A stretch of DNA of 58,826 bases, counting the filler, from Jimgerdemannia flammicorona (Eukaryota): assembly GCA_003990765.1 (NCBI GenBank). It is 3 parts of 3 records of this genome, joined end to end, with 100 filler letters (N's around TTAATTAATTAA, not from the genome) between each part and the next. Parts side by side here need not be neighbours in the genome. Positions count along the whole stretch, not along the records: positions 1 to 19,545 come from RBNJ01001915.1; 2 more parts are not named here. One strand, given 5' to 3'. Below the pieces are notes generated by a model. That model was not told the DNA's origin, searched no databases, and saw nothing but the letters and a program-made list of their open reading frames with translations. The translations under genes and the position numbers were made by a program. Shown here one piece after another: positions 1-12,118 of the stretch (position 1 is its first letter; every line of letters begins with the position of its first letter).

Positions 1-45
<45 letters not shown>
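1..45 (+). repeat. poly(A) tract at window start (probable retroelement tail or contig end)
   Basis: 45 consecutive A. Confidence 0.6.
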
Positions 46-48
<3 letters not shown>

Positions 49-332
49 CAGAGAATGATCATAATAGTATCTTGAATAAGAAGTATAAACAGTCTTTTCA
101 AGTAGTGAGGTGTGTAAAAGATGAGCTATAAGAAATAAAGAGTAAGAGAATGAAGTAGAGAGAGTAAAGATCTCTTTTAAAAAAAAAACCCCCCATAAAG
201 AATATAATATATCTCAAATATAGAGCATAGACAGCCTTTTTGAGTAAAGCTGCAAGTAAGATAATAATATATATAATTACTATATATATGATTACTAGAT
301 ATACTCAATATATGTATATATATCTAATATAT

Positions 333-1910
333 TGTCATATAGTAGTTGCTGAGTCCTTCAAATATATCAGATTCTCTTCAAGATGTATCTCTTAGACTAA
401 CTCAAGTTTGTTATAAGTAAGTTCTTATTAGAGTACCTTCCCAAGGTCTTATAGTCCTCAAAATTCTTATCTTTAAACTGTCTTGTTATCTCTTTAGATT
501 GCTTACAAGAAATTATATATATTATATTAAGAGGAACTGACTTTATTTCAAAGAAAATAAGAGGGATATTTATACAAAATATAATTCAATAGTTGCTAAG
601 ATATAAAGCTAAATATAAATTCCAATAACCAAATAAAATACTGAAACACAGAAAACTATAGTTATCAGTACAGATTCTAGTATTGGTACAGATGGTTATA
701 CAAGTTTAGGATACTGGTAGAATTTTGATAGTACAGGAAAAGGATGCTGAAAGAATTCTGAGTTATATAAGATCAAAATACCAGTAGAAGGATTAACTAT
801 TATATGGGAAAAGGATGCTGGCAGAATTCAGTATTACCAAGAACTTAAAGTAGAAAGTTCAGGACTATAGAGGCTTTATTCTCATTACTGTCCTCAAAGA
901 AGATGAGGTCTGCAAACATTTTATCCATTTAGCATACTTCATTATGTATTTTATATTATCACATGGAATGATGTCATCAGTGATGATATTATCACATTTA
1001 GTAGCAGAGAGAACAAGGAGATCAGGGGCTCTCTAGTCTATGAGGTCCTCTTCTACAAAATAAGAAATAAATATGGAGTCTTAGAGAGATCTAACCTAGA
1101 TGCTTGGGCCTTGGAATACTGAGATCAATCCTTGCAGTAATTGATCTGGATTGTCCTGGAGGATGAGATACCAGAACTCTTCTACCTTATTACTATTGAG
1201 AGTGATAGTGGACTGAGCTTCTGTAGTCACTATGGTTTCTAGTACATTAATACAGTAGGCTGACAGATCTCTGAAGTCTGAGACTCTGGTATACTCTAAG
1301 TTGGAGATCAATCATAGTGCATATCTGAAGATCTGATTTATCTTCTTGGCTGTCCTTATTTCATATATATCCATAGAAGTGGCATCTTGTAGCTCTTGAG
1401 GGCTGACTTGAGGGAATTCTTAGTAGAGGAGGTTTTCTATTTCATATTCTTGCTACATTTAGAGGCATTCAGTAGTAATGGTGATTCTTGTTTCCATTTC
1501 ACAGTAGTAGAGAATATAATGATAAGAATTACCAGTACCTAGGTTGATACTAGGAGTCCTTATAATATGGGTCCTTATGGCTCTTTAGATATCTTGGAAC
1601 ATCCTATCCTAGACTGAGAGACCTTAGTGACTCCTTGATCTTAAGGTTTGGCAAGTAGTAGGCATTTTATTTATAGTAAGTCTTTAAGCTATTTTGGGAT
1701 TAGTGGGTCTTATTGAGTTGCTGCTACTGCAGTTTCTTGATTCTTCTTTTATATCTGTCTTATAGTCCTAATGACTCACAGTTGGTCATCATTACTCATT
1801 TTGTAGTCTGAGTGAGTTATGCTATATGATCTTCTTATGCTCTGATTTGGTAGCTTATAAGAAAAGACTGTCTCTTGTGCTGATATCATTATTCTGAGAT
1901 TACTATTACA
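333..1910 (-). mobile_element. Solo-LTR-like element, family A (~1.58 kb), containing an accessory ORF
   Basis: Ends TGTCA (333) and TTACA (1910), with ATAT on both flanks (possible 4-bp TSD in an AT-rich context). Minus-strand TATAAATA followed by AATAAA at ~575-540. Collinear inverted paralogue at ~35853-39042. Confidence 0.75.
845..1665 (-). pseudogene. LTR-associated accessory ORF ('ORF-X'), decayed copy
   Basis: Reads MPTTCQT...QEYEIENLL...EEFWYLILQDNPDQLLQGLISVFQGPSI...MFADLIFF...IVLNFLL*, with internal stops and a frameshift. Aligns by eye with 43395-44201. Confidence 0.7.
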
Positions 1911-2033
1911 ATATATATCTAATATATATGTATATCTAATATATATATACCCAATATATGTACTTAATATATATATATATGTCCAATATACATATATATT
2001 TAATATGTATATCCAATATATACATATATCCAA

Positions 2034-2390
2034 TAGTACTCCTAATATATCAAATCAAAGATTCAATTTGATTTGATTTGAGATTTGATTTGAACTCTAT
2101 ATTTTGAAATATAATAACTTGACAAAAATATATCCAAATTTAATGATCTTTAGCTTATTAGATTTCTCTATATAAGAGAGATCTAATAAGCTAAAGATTG
2201 TTAAATTTAAATATATTTTTATCAAGTTATTATATATTTCTAAAAATAGGATTTAAATCAGACTCTCAATTTGATTTGAATTTGATTTAATTTAAACTTA
2301 ATTCAAATTGAAAAATCTCCAATTCAATTTGATTTAAATGACTTTTAATTTAATTTAATTCAAATTAATTCAATTTATTTAGAAGTACTA
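2034..2390. mobile_element. hAT-family MITE (357 bp) with long internal palindrome
   Basis: Ends TAGTACT...AGTACTA (mutated TAGTGCT TIR of the large hATs). 8-bp TSD ATATCCAA/GTATCCAA. Hairpin centred at ~2171. Confidence 0.75.
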
Positions 2391-2853
2391 GTATCCAATA
2401 TATGAATATAATTGCCAGATATATATATTTGTTAAATACATCTAATTACTAAATATACTTGATTATCTGATATACTTAATTACTAAATATGCTCCATTAT
2501 CAGATATACTCAATTATCAGATACTATATATCTAACCTCTCTGAGTAATAAGTTAAATTTGAAATATATTTATTGAAAAATTAATTCAGTATTATTCTTT
2601 GAATTAATTTAACTTCTTCAAATAATCTTCTACTCGATATTATATAGTATGATGTACATAATTGACAATAGAGTACCAGTGACTGCTAAGATCAGATGAC
2701 ATAATGGCATGACAATCGAATAGACAGCCTGACCCATTAGGTGATCACCCCAAAAGGAGCAATGATAATCTGAGCCAAAAGGAAGACTACGTTATTTAAA
2801 GAACCATACTCCACCTCAGGAATTAGCACCAAAGAACAAGTACCCACCACACA

Positions 2854-3777
2854 ATGCCTCCTATCCACTACTCCAACCAGACCTCCTGCCACTCTTCCCC
2901 CTTGCCTGGCCCAAAGACTCTAATCCTTGAAGCTATCAAGAAGGCTATTTGGCACCCAGATACCTCTGAACATCTGAACTTCTACATCAAGGATCTTGGA
3001 CACTTTATTAATTACCGGTACATAATAACTCAACAGCTCAAAGATACCACTGAATGAATGACCCTCTGGCATGATTATGAAATTAGACACCGCCTTCGTA
3101 ATGAAACCCAAGAAGATGACCAGGAAGACCTCATTGCCAAAATGTTAACCACCAGCCGGCTAATCAAGAGAGCCCTCTGTGTCCACCAAATCTTCTGCCA
3201 TATTCTCTGGGCTATAGCATACTTACAAGGAGTGACTGCTGGAAGTCTTGCCCGTCTCTCAACTGAAGATGCAGACTGGATAGAATCAGAAGTAGCCAAC
3301 TCTATTGGTAGTAACCGGGTCGCTATAGGAAGTCAACAAACCGAGCCCACTCAACCAGGCTTTCACACCACTCCACTCTGAGACAACCATCAAGGTCACC
3401 TAATGAGTCTCATGGAAATCTTCAAAGGACCACCCATTACCATTACAATACCTGTTGGAGCAACCCCAACTACTCACCACTCTGTCAGCTACAATTCGCA
3501 CCTCATCATTTGGAAACCAAATCAAGAAGTCCTAGAAGTCCCTACCAATATGGAAACTGAAGGATCTGAGGAAGAAGAAGAGGAAGAACAAAGAATCTAC
3601 CAATCCTCTGTTTACCTTCAAGCAGTCCAAGGGTTGGAGAATGTCATTGAAGATGATTGGCCACAATTCTACCCCCTCACCTCCTGGCCAACACTCCCAC
3701 CCTTTGAAGAATGGAATGAAGAAGTCACAACCCAGCAAGATGATTGGTTCACTGACGAAGGGTACTTTACAATTTAG
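2854..3777 (+). pseudogene. LTR-associated accessory ORF ('ORF-X'), ~307 codons with two in-frame TGA stops
   Basis: ORFs 2854-3057, 3058-3381 and 3403-3777 share one frame. Motifs QTSCHSSPLP, DLGHFINYR, LWHDYEIRHRL, VHQIFCHILWAI, IFKGPPI match 43395-44201. Acidic C-terminus. Confidence 0.7.
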
Positions 3778-4027
3778 TGATCCAACATCTGTTTCCTCAG
3801 TCCGGTCAGCCAACGTTTGTCAGCAAGTCAGCAACATCTGTTTTCAGCGATACCACCCACAACAACTGAATCTGATACTGGCACTCATCTTATCTCAATT
3901 TAGTGATCCAACATCTGTTTCCTTAGTCCGATCAGCCAACATTTGTCAGCAAGCCAGCAATATCTATTTTCAGCAATACCACCCACAACATCTATATCCA
4001 GCACTAGCACTCATCTTATCTCAATTC
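3771..4027 (+). repeat. Two tandem copies of a ~126-bp unit
   Basis: AATTTAGTGATCCAACATCTGTTTCC at 3771 and 3897. Confidence 0.85.
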
Positions 4028-6029
4028 GGTACAAACAACTGTTGCACCCATATTTAGCAATTAAACCACCACAATGTAGTATACCTTAGCCCCCCCCATA
4101 GCTAGCAAATTTGTATAAATAACCCTATATCTTAGAGTGAATAAACCTCAGTCAGTTTGTGTTTAAAAGTAAAAAAGGATTACAGAGAAACCTCACTATC
4201 TCCAAGAGACCAGATAAATTCTGAGAACAAGATAACTAGAGCAATGATCACTCGAGGTTTGAGTTAAAGAATTTTCTCTTACTATGGAAAACATTCAAGA
4301 TTTGCCACTAAGGAAAGCTGCACGAAAAGCTGCTCAGTTCAGTTTAAAGACCTGCTACTAAAGGAAAGCCACACAAAAAACTGTCAGCCCAATCATTGTG
4401 CATTCGACCTGACTGCCGTGCATTCGACCTGACCACTGTGCATTCAGAACCAACTGCTATTCGAGATTCAAGACTGCGCATTCGAGACCTACCATTCAAG
4501 TGTTAAGACCCCAGCCAAGGAACCCAAGGATACTAGAACAAGACCACCAGTAAACGAACGACCACCAGAACCCGCCCTCAAGTTAAGAACAAATGTTCAA
4601 CCGAACTGTTGACCCAAACAATTCCCTACTGTGCCACGAACCATGTACATTCAAGAACCTCCACCATACGAATCAGACGAACTGATCACGTGACCATTGA
4701 CCCACAACCATCGCAAATACACTCAGTCATATACCGTGTGCTCCACCAAGTGGCACATTGAGCCATGCTTGAAGCAACTAGGGAAATAAACCGCACACCA
4801 CAATAGTTATAATAAGTTAAAATCAAGATGTTGAGCTCTACTAGAATTTCAGATATATGTATGCATATTTAAATAGTCTCAGCTTTGAAAGAGTATCTCC
4901 TTGATATAATAAGCTCTTTATTACCAGAAAACACCCATTTAACAAGTATACTTATTGTAGTAATAATTAGATAATCTTAGGCTATATTGCTCAAATTAGG
5001 AAAGTCTATTTAATATCTCTATAAATTTAAAATATAAAGAATTTTAGAGCTAAAAACTTGAGATATTTAATAAAAATAATTATAGAAATTCTAACCTTTT
5101 ACTAATCTAATATACTAATATCATCTAATAAGACTACTCAATTAGTAGATAAATATATTATAGGCTCATCTATTAAATATTCTCTTTTTCTTTTTTTATC
5201 ATAAAGATACTATAACTAGAAAATTATTCTGATCTCAGTTTTTTAAAATATCTTTTAGTTGTGGAGATATTTAGACTTAAAGTTTTGATCAGAGTTTTGG
5301 AAGAACTTGAATAACTTGTCAATAGATTGGAAAATAGTCTTCAGCTTTGAATAGATTGTAGCTGAGATCTCTGGCAATTTTTGGGAGATATTTACTCTTA
5401 GAGATTCTTGGTAGTTCTCCAGATATAGGCTAATTTCTCACAGTAGTATATTTTGAGATATCTCCTTGATGTTTTGATATATATCTCTATAGAGAGAGAT
5501 GACAATCTCATTAATCTCAGTGAAATTATATTTAAGGGTCTTTGCAAACTCTACTTTAAAAGAGAGATCCATAGAGTTCAAATTGAGCTTCAATAATTCA
5601 ATCAAAGCATAGGAACCAATCTTTAATTTTAACTTAATTTTACTGAAATACTAAATTTGAGTCAACTGAGATTAAAATATTTACTGAATTTATTCTGACT
5701 GAGAATTCCAGTATATAGATCTTTCTGTAATTTGCTCAACTAAGAACTAGAAATCAATCTAATTAAATCTTACTCAACTGGAAATATTTTAGTACTGAGT
5801 TCTGCTCAACTAGAAACTCTCATATTATAGCTAAACTCTTTACTGCTATACTCTTTACAGTCATACCTATTCTTTATGACTACCTGCTCTTTTCTATCTA
5901 CCTATCTTTTATAGCTACTTACTCTTTATAAACTCTGAGTCTAAGTGATTACTTTACTTTCTTTATAACTAAGTAACTAAAGCTATAATTATTCTTTGAT
6001 ATTTATTATACTAAACTATATATATATAA

Positions 6030-6428
6030 TGTAATATAGCAGATACTTAATCTTGGAAGTATGTTGGATTTCTGTATCTTAAAAACTTGATATTTTTTGA
6101 CTCTATAGAATCCTTAGGATATAGAAGTGGGTGAGTTCAAAGTATATGTATCTACTTATAGGCTTACTAGTTTCTTTACTTTCTCTTTGCTTTGAACTAT
6201 TTTGATCTGAGGTTTATTTACTCTAAGATACTGGATTATTTATACAAGTTTGCTAGCTATAAGGTAGCTATATTATGAGTCATTTTGTAAATGATAAAGT
6301 ATTTACTAGTAGCAAAGTTCTATGACTACTATTTATGAGGCTATACTATACTGAGAATTGGGTTCAGATACTACAATCAAATGTCTAATTCCTCTGATTC
6401 ATATTCCTAATTTAGATCAACTGTTATA
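6030..6428 (-). repeat. 3' LTR (~400 bp) of minus-strand Gypsy element
   Basis: On the minus strand, purine tract AGGAGAAAG is followed by TATAAC (mutated TGTAAC); TATA/AATAAA core; ends ATTACA at 6030. Confidence 0.55.
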
Positions 6429-6459
6429 ACTTTCTCCTGAATAGGTAGTTTGTCTCTAA

Positions 6460-8656
6460 GACATCCTATTCACTCAAACTCCTAGGCTTTTATGATTTGT
6501 ATCTCTTTATACTATATAATTTATATCATTATGTTCTTTCAATATTGTCTTCTGATATGTCCAAAGTCTGCTGGGATTACTTCTTGGAAATGAGCTAGGG
6601 CTGTTCTATCTTCTTTAAATAGCTTGTTCACTTATTTATTAATAGTAATTTGAGTATAGAAGAGCTGGTATTCTCAGATCCAATTTTCTTTTTTTATTTC
6701 TGATTGTGAATTCAGCAGTTGTCTAAGCTTGAAGTATTCTTGAAACTTATTTTAGTCCTGGTATGTCTTGAAATATAAAATTCATAACAAGTATGTTTAC
6801 ACTATACTCTGGGTACTATCAAAAGATTCTTCTATAGTTGGTGACTCAGTAGAATATCACTGTCTTTCTATGGCTCATTGTATAGTACTAGTAACCTTGA
6901 GGGCTGTAATATTACTTTAGTGATTGACCATGATACTTCTTGAGTCAATTTCAATAAATAGTAGTAGAGATAATTATGTCTGAGAGTTTTTACAGCCAGA
7001 AGGTAGTCCTTTTTATATTTTGTACAAAGTAAGGTCTTTTCCACTTAGGCTCTAGTTTTCATAATCATGAAGCTTCTACTATATTCTAATATACCAGAAC
7101 TTTGTCTCCTATCTTGATAATCTCCAGGGGCTTGTAAATCTTTTCTACATTATTCCATTATAGTGTCTGCACCTTGGTTATGTAATCCTCAGCCTTTTTT
7201 CTGATTTGGTATAGTCTCTATTTCCATACAGCATCCTTATTAGATGATAGGATTTCTTGAGAACTTTCTTCTCTGAACAGTATTTTCTGAGAGATAAATT
7301 GGGTACTTTGTAATTGAATATCTCAGAGAGTAGATAATACTATAAGCAGATAGTGATTATAGTTTTTATAGTTATTGCAGATCTTGGCAATAATATTCTT
7401 AAGAGTCTTATTAGTCTTTTCTGCCTGTCTATTTTCTTGAGGATGATATGCTGTAGTCTGAATATGCTGGATCTTGTACTTCTTATAGAGAACTTCAAAG
7501 AACTGGTTAATAAATTCTGTTTCTCTATCTGTAGTTACTTGTGTTGGAGTTTGAACTGATAGATAATTTCTTTGTGAAAGAAATCAGCAATTAACTATAT
7601 ATTGACTTTCTTAAGGGATCCTGCCTCTATTTATTTCATAAAAAGGTCTACAATGACAATAATGTATTGATTGCTGATTAAAGTCAAGGGTAGAGGGCCA
7701 ATCACATCTCTTACAATATAGACTAATGATACTGGTTCTACATATGTGTGCTAATTCTGGGGCTTGATTTTATTGATCTTGCTTCTGTTTCTGACATTTG
7801 TCACAGATCTTGATAAATTGTCTAATATTTTTCTCTATTTCTGGCCACCATATTGTTCTTCTTACTTTATCATATGTGTTCATTCCTCCTAGATAGCTAA
7901 GTTCATATACTGATTTCATTACTTGCTTCTTCTTGTATTCTGGTATAACTAGTAGCTTTTCTTTCTTCAATGTTTCTTCATTGGTTTCAAATTGTTTCTA
8001 TATTCTGTTGATAATTATTTGTGTCTATTCTTCTAGATATTGGGATATCTTTTGCTGTCCCAGATAGGTGATAATTCTATAGTAGAGCTCTTTATTCATG
8101 ATTAATTTACTGGTTGAGGGTCCTTTGAGATGTCTATAAGAGAGCATCTACATTGGCATTGGTTCTTTCTGGGTGGTATATGATGGTTATGTCATATGCT
8201 TGCAACTTCATAATCTATCTGGTATAGATTCCTTTGGATTGTCTAGTGGTCAGTAGCTAAGTGAGAGCTGAGTAATCTGTCTGAATAGTGAAGTGTCTTT
8301 CAGTAAGATAGTAGTGGAACTTCTCTATAGCCCAGATAACTATAAGATATTCAAACTTATAGAATTCATATTCTTTTTCAGCTCCTTGAGTTCCTTAGCT
8401 TAGGTATGTAATGACATACTCCACTTTGTCTTTCTTTTAGACTAAAACTATTCCTAGTCCTTGGATACTTGTATCTATCTATAGGATGAATTCTTGAGTC
8501 TAATCAGATCTTCTGAGGATGTGTGCCTGGGTCAGTCTGACCTTAAGCTCATCAAATACTTTTTGTTGTCTGCCAGTCTATTGGAACTTGGTATTCTTCT
8601 TGTTGAGTTTATACATTAGGCTTGCAATGTTAGAGAATCCTCTGATGAATCAGCAG
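6460..8656 (-). pseudogene. pol: Ty3/Gypsy pol remnant (RT C-terminus, RNase H, integrase), heavily mutated
   Basis: ORF 7770-7970(-) has integrase zinc-finger WWPEIEKNIRQFIKICDKCQK. RNase H-like remnants at ~8150-8500. Interrupted at 8657 by hAT. Confidence 0.8.
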
Positions 8657-8996
8657 TAGTGCTCTGAATGGATAGAGTTGATCTGAATGAGATTCAATTC
8701 AGATTCATCATATAATGGATTCAAATCAACTCATATTAGTCTTATGATCTGATCCAGATTAATCCATCTAGATTGAAATCTTTGGTGACATCACTCTTTC
8801 TTTTGTTTATTTTTACTTTTGTTTTTTTTTCCTACCACACTTTGGTAATATTACTCTTTCTTTTGTTCTCTCTCTTCTTTTGTTCTTTCTTTATTCTTTT
8901 TCTTTATTTTATTTTTTTTCTTTTCTGCTATATCATGAGTAAACAAAACAGTAGCTCTTAATCATATGTTGGTCCAGTCTACTCATTTTTTACCCT

Positions 8997-11040
8997 ATAA
9001 TAATTATCAAAAAAAGGAGTATTTAAGGTGAAAATACACTCTCTGCTGACAATATTAGATTCTTTCTCATATGGACAGTATACAAGCTGCTCATTAAGAG
9101 CCAAAGAAGTGATGGTAGTGGCAATGGTAGTGATAATGGCAATGGTAGTGGTGATGGCAGAGATGAGAGAGAATTCTGATAACTCATAGTGGTCCTTCAG
9201 ACCTCAGAATTTACAGACCTCATAGCTATATATGTGGTAGCCTTTTTGGAGCAGCCAATAATAGATATAGGTTACTCACTCTGCCATCACTTATTTACTT
9301 GTATTTATTTAAATTTCTCCAGTATGATCCAATTCACCTCATGCTTTTCTTAGGGTCTATAGCTCTATGGTAAGATCTGCTGACTTTATTTGCAACATCT
9401 GGTCAAGATGAAAAAAGACTGGTGGACATTGTGGGGCATACCTTTGGTAGCTGAGCTATTGAGTCAATATATTATATGGCAGAGGTCTCAAAAGGAACAG
9501 AAACAAGCCTTCATGAGCAATCTTGTGTAACTTGTGCAACTTATATAACTCATTAGCATGTAACTCATCAGCATACAACTTACTTACTTACTTACTCATG
9601 CTCTTTTTCTGAAATATCCATCTCTGTGTTTTATTTAATTTCATTTTTTATGTGGTCTCCTCCTAAAAAATACTCACACCTGTATATAACCTATCTACAT
9701 ACAACTTGCCTATATGCAACCCATCCACATGCAACCTGTCTGTATATAATCCATTCACATATAATCTGTCTACATACTTATCTCAGTCCCTTAGATCAGG
9801 ACTCAGTTCCATTGAAAAGGAGAGTTTAAAGTTATCTGAGTTCAACTACATATGTCCAGTATCTGATCAAATAGAGAAATTTGAGGGCAAGATGTTCAGC
9901 ATAAGCAGTACCAGCATCATCATTAAGACTTAGAGGTCTACATTCAAATCAGAGCCAATCATTCTCAACCAAGGGGTCTATTGGTCAGCAGGAGTAACTA
10001 ATGACAAAGAGAACCATATTATTATTAATAAATATAGAGAGACAATTATGATAGTAATAAGAAATCTCTATAGTGATAAGCTTCACTGTTACATCAATGA
10101 GGTTTACAAGGATTGCATCAAATACTGAGTGGCAGGAAAGAGGGGGTGAAAAAAGCAAGGAGGGGGGGTTTGGATAGAAATTGGGTATACTGCAATACTA
10201 GTGAAGAGTGGGTTCCAGAGATCTGAAATTCCCTGCACTTATCTTCCTTTTTTTTACTTCTCTCTAGATAATCACACTCTTTGCCAATATATTCTTTTTA
10301 ATACAATTTCAGGGATACACAAGATTCTGTACTCCTACTGGAACTTTAGAAGTGCTGTTGAAGAGCAAACTGTGTGTAAGCATGATATGACCTATATAGT
10401 AATAGCAGCTATAATCTGGGGTTCTTTGAGCAGATTGGTAGAGTATATGGCAGGCCAGCTTGGTGATGATCTTGGCATGGCTGTACATATATTCTTAGTG
10501 TAATTTAGTATGCCATATAAGGTAAGGAGCTTTACTTTTTTTAGATGCTACAGCTTAGGGGATTTCTGCAGCCTGGGGGTTTCTATCCCTCTATATGTAA
10601 AAAGGACTGACTGGATGCCATCCATCTTCCAAGCCAGGGCTCCTGGGGCTGGATTAAGGACAAACATCCACCAGCACAGCCTAGCAGTACAAGGTCCTGG
10701 GCTAAGAGTTCACCCAACTGTATACTTATATCACATCAGAATATATTGGGTACAATATTTCTCTACCTACATATATAGATATGTAACAATATTACTTTAG
10801 TAATATTCTACATCTTAGAAAGGAAGAACACAACCTGAGAAAATAGCAGTAGTGTCTGGTATGACCTCACCTATAGTTTCAGGATCCTATTTATGGTCAA
10901 TACAGTCATTCTATTCTAACTACATGACTACTATAGCACTGTTACCTTTAAGGAGAGCTTGGATACAATAGTTATTATATTCACAATAGATAACAGGCTC
11001 ATCAAGACCTGAGACCAGTGGGTGGAGTAGTTTTTGTGAG
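8997..11040 (+). pseudogene. hAT cargo gene copy 1: putative TET/JBP-like 2OG-Fe(II) dioxygenase, more decayed
   Basis: Exon remnants collinear with 54778-56782(-). HxD reads Y-I-D at 10772-10780 (CAC>TAT, ACA>ATA). VWYDLTYSFRILFMVNTVILF follows. Confidence 0.6.
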
Positions 11041-11299
11041 GATTAGGCAATCTTTTGTGAGGGTTAGACAATCTTTCATAAGGGTTAGGCAATCTTTTAT
11101 AAGAGTTTGGCAGTCATTTTATATAGGTTGGACTGGCAGCTGGGTATCTCTTCTGAAGTACTAGTTTAGTCATTATACTAGGTCCTACTGGCTCCTTGGC
11201 CCTACTCTTATAGTGCTGCTGATATGGCACTACAGTATAGAGCCAGAGTGTCCATAGGACTCAAACCAGTAATGGGGCCTGAATCTGTAGTGGACTTCA

Positions 11300-11990
11300 A
11301 CCACTGGAAGTACCCTCTGACTATCAGAAATGCCCTTTGACTACCAGAAGTATCCTCCAACCACCAGAAGTACTCTCCAACTATCAGAAGTACCCTCCAA
11401 CTCAGACTCAGACTCCTTGGTGGCTTGGGGCTACCCCTATACTGCTGATAGAGAGCTGCAAATTTTGTGTACTCCCTCTACCAACCCCACTGACCCCCAG
11501 CCTAGATACAGACTACTGGGGGGAGCTCTATACTGCTGGTACTGCAAATTTTGTACACTCTCTCCACCTGCTCTGTTTGTCTCAGATACTTATAGCTTGG
11601 GGCTACCCCTTACTACCAGTGGAGGGCTGTAAATTTTATATACTCTCTCTACCAACCCTATGCCCACTGACCCCACCAATTGACCCTATCTACTGACCTA
11701 GGCACTGACAGCTTAGGGCTGTCCCTCACTACTGGCAGAGGGCTGAAAATTTTGCATACTCTCTCTATCTATCTTCTCTCTTCACCAATCTCTCTATCCT
11801 GAATACTTATAGCTTGGGGCTATCTTTTGCTGTCAGTAGAGAGCTGTAAATTTTGTATGCTCTCTCTGCCAACCCCATGCCCACTGACTTATCCACTGAC
11901 CTGGGCACTGATAGCTTTGGGCTATCCATTGCTACTAATAGAGGGTCACAAATTTTATATACTCCCTCTGCCACTGTCAACCCCACCAAC
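11300..11990. repeat. Internal tandem arrays of hAT copy 1 (~20-bp CCAGAAGTACCCTC-type units, then ~100-bp units)
   Basis: Recurrent GCTTGGGGCTACCC...GAGGGCTGTAAATTTTGTATACTCCCTCT. Confidence 0.8.
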
Positions 11991-12118
11991 CACTGCCCCA
12001 CTTGGGCCACAAACTCCAGATCAAGTCTTCAGATTTTTTTTCTTTTATTTTAAAAAAGGTATTAAATATTTCACAAGACCAATCAACTTATCTATAAACT
12101 CTCAGAACCTACTGAATT

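Larger units (their letters stand above)
2638..4813 (+). mobile_element. Solo-LTR-like element, family B (~2.2 kb), containing an accessory ORF
   Basis: Less-mutated island in AT-rich flanks. GTATAAATA plus AATAAA core at ~4113-4146 is nearly identical to the LTR core at ~6265-6205(-). Ends look like mutated TG..CA; boundaries approximate, no clear TSD. Confidence 0.55.

Noticed and set aside
1776..2033. Ile/Tyr-rich ORF (also 8773-8961, 14638-14853, 56796-57101)
   Set aside because: Translations of (TA)n, T-rich or A-rich low-complexity DNA.
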